A stretch of DNA of 64,000 nt. Source: Bacteroidales bacterium (GTDB taxonomy: Bacteria; Bacteroidota; Bacteroidia; Bacteroidales; BM520). The stretch spans positions 4,057 to 68,056 of the forward strand of contig JAISNV010000033.1 in NCBI GenBank assembly GCA_031276035.1, read 5' to 3'. This document shows positions 60,503 through 64,000 of this stretch, one piece after another. The notes beneath the pieces were generated by a model. The model worked only from the letters and a program-made list of their open reading frames with translations, was not told the DNA's origin and searched no databases. Each line of letters begins with the position of its first letter. Within the stretch, counting starts at the first letter, position 1. The translations under genes were made by a program, and so were the position numbers.

Positions 60503-61363
60503 ATGAAAATGCGTACTTTTTTAATTACAATAATTAATTTATTGATTATAAACAATTTATTCTCACAAGAAAATCTAAATGTTTATACCTACAAATTCGG
60601 TGACATGCAGGTTAGTTTGCTTCAAGAAATTTCCAAGTATGATAAACCTACTGTTTTAATCGGTTTGACAGATGAAATCTTAAATGAATGCGCTCCTGAC
60701 GATACAATTCCGGGTGCGGTGAATGCATTTTTTTTGCAAGCAAATGGAAAGAATATTCTCATAGATTCCGGTTACGGTACAAAACTTTTTGATAATCTGA
60801 AGTTTTTAGGAATCGGAGCCGAAGATATTGATATAGTATTATTGACACATCTTCACGGCGACCATATTTCCGGAATGATGAAAAACGGTCGTAAATCTTT
60901 TCCGAATGCGGATGTTTATCTTTCACAGCGCGAACACGACTACTGGTTAAAAGAAACGGAGGATGAACGCTCTCACGCAATGTTATCAGAATATAAAGAC
61001 CGTCTGCACACTCTTCATCCTAATAAATTAGGAGAAAAGGCCAAAGACTTTCTTCCGGGAATTCAGGCTTATGAAGCTTACGGACATACTCCCGGGCATA
61101 CGGTTTATCTCTTTACATCTTCCGAGAAACAATTTCTGATTATTGGTGATGTGATTAATGTTGCTGCCATACAATTTCCATATCCGAATATTCCCGCAAT
61201 TTACGACAAAAATGCCGAAGAGGCTTCAGCTACTAAAGTTATTGTGCTTGATTTTGCGTCAAAACACAATATTCCAATTGCCGGAATGCACATTTCTTAC
61301 CCGGGCATGGGAAATGTTACAAAAAATAATAAAGGCGGTTTCATCTTCAAACCAATGAAATAA
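60503..61363 (+). CDS. Secreted MBL-fold metallo-hydrolase
   Basis: A signal peptide is present, along with the HxHxDH motif (LLTHLHGDHISG) and a downstream GHTPGH. Confidence 0.85.
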   Translation: MKMRTFLITIINLLIINNLFSQENLNVYTYKFGDMQVSLLQEISKYDKPTVLIGLTDEILNECAPDDTIPGAVNAFFLQANGKNILIDSGYGTKLFDNLKFLGIGAEDIDIVLLTHLHGDHISGMMKNGRKSFPNADVYLSQREHDYWLKETEDERSHAMLSEYKDRLHTLHPNKLGEKAKDFLPGIQAYEAYGHTPGHTVYLFTSSEKQFLIIGDVINVAAIQFPYPNIPAIYDKNAEEASATKVIVLDFASKHNIPIAGMHISYPGMGNVTKNNKGGFIFKPMK

Positions 61364-61391
61364 TCTTAATAAATGAATTTCGTATCAAACT

Positions 61392-61399
61392 TACATTTG
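61392..61399 (+). promoter_or_regulatory. -7 promoter box for the DUF2141 gene
   Basis: TACATTTG lies 39 nt upstream of the ATG at 61439. Confidence 0.4.
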
Positions 61400-61438
61400 A
61401 TTTACATTTCCTGATTTTTAACTGTAAACTATTCTGTT

Positions 61439-61858
61439 ATGAAAAAAATTACATTAACATTAGTAATAACATTATTCGCCTTATCTTCCTTAGCGCAGAA
61501 GAACATTGACATTAATATTACAGGAATTGATGAGATAAAAGGTCAGATTGTTGTTCTTGTTTTTGATAATCCCGATAATTTCCCAAAGGATCAGAAACTT
61601 GCCAAATTTTTTAATTTTCCGGTAACAAGTAAAGAAATGACTGTTTGCGTAAAAGATCTTCAAGTACAGAATTATGCTATTTTTATTTATCACGACAAAG
61701 ACAACAACGGTAAATGTAATCAAAATTTCATAGGTATGCCTACGGAAAAGATTGGATTTTCAAACAACATTCGTCCTAAACTCAAGGCTCCGAAATTCAA
61801 TGAAGCAAAAGTTGACACAGAAACAAATGAAATTAGTGTCGAATTGTATAAAATGTGA
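61439..61858 (+). CDS. DUF2141-family secreted protein
   Basis: A signal peptide is present, along with GQIVVLVFDNPDNFP and HDKDNNGKCNQNFIGMPTEKIGFSNN, which are typical of DUF2141. Confidence 0.7.
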   Translation: MKKITLTLVITLFALSSLAQKNIDINITGIDEIKGQIVVLVFDNPDNFPKDQKLAKFFNFPVTSKEMTVCVKDLQVQNYAIFIYHDKDNNGKCNQNFIGMPTEKIGFSNNIRPKLKAPKFNEAKVDTETNEISVELYKM

Positions 61859-61859
61859 T

Positions 61860-61905
61860 AAAGATAATAAATTTATTTGTCATGACAAATAAATTTATTA
61901 TCTTT
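61860..61905. promoter_or_regulatory. 46-bp perfect palindrome overlapping the DUF169-MarR promoter (candidate MarR operator; may also act as a hairpin after the DUF2141 gene)
   Basis: AAAGATAATAAATTTATTTGTC AT GACAAATAAATTTATTATCTTT. All 23 pairs were checked base by base. It starts 2 nt after the DUF2141 stop and overlaps the -7 box at 61899-61906. Confidence 0.6.
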
Positions 61906-61906
61906 G
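61899..61906 (+). promoter_or_regulatory. -7 promoter box for the DUF169-MarR operon
   Basis: TATCTTTG lies 25 nt upstream of the ATG at 61932. Confidence 0.45.
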
Positions 61907-61931
61907 CGATGTTAATCAAAAAAGATAAAGT

Positions 61932-62648
61932 ATGAACCAAAAACAATTTGTTGAATATTATCGTAAAGGATTCGGCGATAAGGCAGAATTGCCATTAGCA
62001 TTTTGGTATTCCGATAAAGCAATTGCAGAGCCGATTGAACATAAAGGTTGCTATATAGGCGCAATGCAAGCAGCACGATATGGCGAAATTTTAAGTAGTA
62101 AAGCCGAAAACATTTCCTGCCCCGGCGGAAGATTATGGTCTGGTTTCGTTCCGCAACGTCCTAATTTGCCACATTTTATCTCTGTAATTGAACGTTACAA
62201 AAAAGATGAAGAGTTAGCTGCAGAATTTCTTAATAGTTTTCCGCGAGAAGAGCAAGCCGGAAAATGTATCAATTTTGCAAGAATTGATAAAATTGATTCT
62301 TTCGACAACTTAGAAGGTATTATTTTCTTCGCAACACCCGACATTCTTTCGGGTTTGGTTTCATGGTGTATGTTCGATACAAACGACGCAAATGCCGTGA
62401 GTGCTCCTTTCGGTTCCGGATGCAGCTCCATAATTACTCAAGTTCTTCAAGAAAATAGAAATGGCGGAAAACAAACATTTATAGGAATGTTTGACCCATC
62501 GGCACGACTGAGTGTTGAGGAAAATATTTTAACTTACTCTATTCCAATTGAACGATTTAAAGAAATGTGCGGAACAATGACGGAAACATTTCTGATTATG
62601 GAAACCAAAGATTGGAAAAAAGTTAAAGAACGTATTAATCATGAATGA
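61932..62648 (+). CDS. DUF169-like protein (COG2043)
   Basis: The size (238 aa) and the Cys-containing blocks (HKGCYIGAM, ISCPGG, GSGCSS) resemble DUF169. This is a motif-level guess only. Confidence 0.5.
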   Translation: MNQKQFVEYYRKGFGDKAELPLAFWYSDKAIAEPIEHKGCYIGAMQAARYGEILSSKAENISCPGGRLWSGFVPQRPNLPHFISVIERYKKDEELAAEFLNSFPREEQAGKCINFARIDKIDSFDNLEGIIFFATPDILSGLVSWCMFDTNDANAVSAPFGSGCSSIITQVLQENRNGGKQTFIGMFDPSARLSVEENILTYSIPIERFKEMCGTMTETFLIMETKDWKKVKERINHE

Positions 62649-63093
62649 TCTTGATAAAATTGTTAACCATCGTTTAGCAACTGTTTCTCTTCTTTCGCGA
62701 AGATTGGTTTTCAGGATAATTGCAGAATCTGGAGTTGATATTACTCCCGAGCAATGGACATTATTGTATTATTTATGGAAAGAAAACGGACAATCAATCG
62801 GTGAGCTGTCAAAAGCTACTCAAAAAGATTTTGCCAATGTAACCCGAATTGTTGAAAAACTCATTGAGCATGGCTATGTAAAAAAGGAAAGAGATGTAAA
62901 TGATAACCGGAGTTTTCGCATTTTTATCCTTCCGAAAGCTAATGAGATAAAAAATGATATAAAGAAAGTACAGGAAAAAATGCAGGATATTTCATTAAAT
63001 GGAATAAATGATGACGAACAAATATTTATAATGCAGATTCTTGATAAGATGGAGAAAAATATTTTGAAACAATTAACAAGCGATAATAAATAA
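62641..63093 (+). CDS. MarR-family transcriptional regulator
   Basis: The winged helix is ITPEQWTLLYYLWKENGQSIGELSKATQKDFANVTRIVEKLIEHGYVKKERDVNDNRSFRIFILPKA. The start overlaps the upstream stop by 8 nt. Confidence 0.88.
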   Translation: MNDLDKIVNHRLATVSLLSRRLVFRIIAESGVDITPEQWTLLYYLWKENGQSIGELSKATQKDFANVTRIVEKLIEHGYVKKERDVNDNRSFRIFILPKANEIKNDIKKVQEKMQDISLNGINDDEQIFIMQILDKMEKNILKQLTSDNK

Positions 63094-63195
63094 ATGAATT
63101 AATATTCAATGTAATAAACTTTATCAATTCATTCAGTTTTATTGGTTTGCACCAAAACAATTTCAATATTTCAAAACATATCGCCTCAAAAAATA

Positions 63196-64000
63196 TTATT
63201 TCCTTCGAAACTCCAATGGTGTCATTCCAACATGTTCTTTAAAAAACTTTCCGAAGAAAGATTGATTTGGAAAGTTTAATTCATCCGAAATCTGTAATAC
63301 CGTTAAATCCGTAGATTTCAAGAGCATTTTAACTTCAATAATAATTGCCTGGTGTATCCAAAACAAAACCGTTTTTCCCGTAACTTCTTTTATTATTGAT
63401 GATAAATATTTTGGAGTTATACAAAGTTTATCCGCATAAAAAGCAACAGTTCTATCTTGTTTATAATTAACTCTCAACAATTTAAAGAAATCAGTGGTAA
63501 TTTCTTCCGCACGTGAAGAAGGAGAAGGCAATGCTCCTACCCTCATATTATAAAGTCCGATCATTTCTAAAAGCATTGTATAAAGAATTCCTTTAACAAT
63601 TTCCACGCGGTAAGGTTGTTCGAACTGGTTGTGTTGCTTTACGATCAAAGCATAATATTCAATCAAATCCTCCATCGCATCCTTCGGCACTTCCATACAT
63701 GGCAAATGTCCGAAATTCATCATAGTATAAAAATCTCGCGGCAAAGGGAGTCCGGCAATAAAATCAACAGAAACAAACAACTTTTCAATAAAAAAGTCGT
63801 CGGATTTATCTATAATTGTAATAACCTGATTCGGCATAATGGCAATAATAGTATTGGGTTTCAGATCATATTCCCGAAAATTTATCCTAAGTTTCGCACT
63901 TCCTCTTAAACATAATCCCAAGACAATTCCGGAAAACATAAATGGGTCGTTGAACAAAATTTTTTGAGAAATCAAATTATTATTATCCGGCAGAATGAAA
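63196..64000 (-). CDS. AraC-family transcriptional regulator; N-terminus probably beyond the window edge
   Basis: The C-terminal HTH is FYADKLCITPKYLSSIIKEVTGKTVLFWIHQAII...LQISDELNFPNQSFFGKFFKEHVGMTPLEFR. The ORF-track start is a TTG at 63975, but the frame stays open to 64000, and alignment to the 293-aa paralogue suggests about 30 more residues. Confidence 0.8.
   Translation of the reverse strand, partial: FILPDNNNLISQKILFNDPFMFSGIVLGLCLRGSAKLRINFREYDLKPNTIIAIMPNQVITIIDKSDDFFIEKLFVSVDFIAGLPLPRDFYTMMNFGHLPCMEVPKDAMEDLIEYYALIVKQHNQFEQPYRVEIVKGILYTMLLEMIGLYNMRVGALPSPSSRAEEITTDFFKLLRVNYKQDRTVAFYADKLCITPKYLSSIIKEVTGKTVLFWIHQAIIIEVKMLLKSTDLTVLQISDELNFPNQSFFGKFFKEHVGMTPLEFRRK

Overview
This is a 64-kb chromosomal fragment from a low-GC member of the Bacteroidota. 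Hand-counted 60-nt samples give about 20-25% GC in spacers and accessory genes and about 45% in conserved enzymes. Three things support the phylum call: two T9SS C-terminal sorting domains, TAnnTTTG -7 promoter boxes ahead of almost every transcription unit, and Bacteroides-type AraC regulators. Housekeeping content is typA, PNP, gpsA, thyA, a NupC-type transporter, mnmE, ilvE, xerD, gyrB, tRNA-Arg(TCT), tRNA-Leu(TAA) and tRNA-Gly(GCC). Accessory content: (a) a giant T9SS cargo protein at the left edge with two complete fused S8 protease units, which is missing from the ORF track because it runs off the window; (b) a C10 (streptopain-like) T9SS protease followed by three small secreted proteins; (c) a 5.5-kb block of four uncharacterisable acidic helical-repeat proteins, arranged as a duplicated two-gene module and attached to a nuclease-nupC-thyA operon; (d) an 18+10 unit TTAG/TTAC microsatellite; (e) a GC-richer cassette with an AraC regulator divergent from an HHxxxDG acyltransferase, a 371-aa unknown protein and a small secreted 11-mer-repeat protein; (f) an overlapping gatE-gatD pair of the archaeal type; (g) a TetR-TolC-HlyD-ABC2 efflux locus; (h) a DUF169-MarR operon whose promoter lies inside a 46-bp perfect palindrome. 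No CRISPR array, rRNA, transposase or prophage was seen. Several ORF-track starts were moved downstream using -7 box positions, tRNA overlap or neighbouring-gene overlap. All family assignments rest on motifs read by eye; no searches were run.
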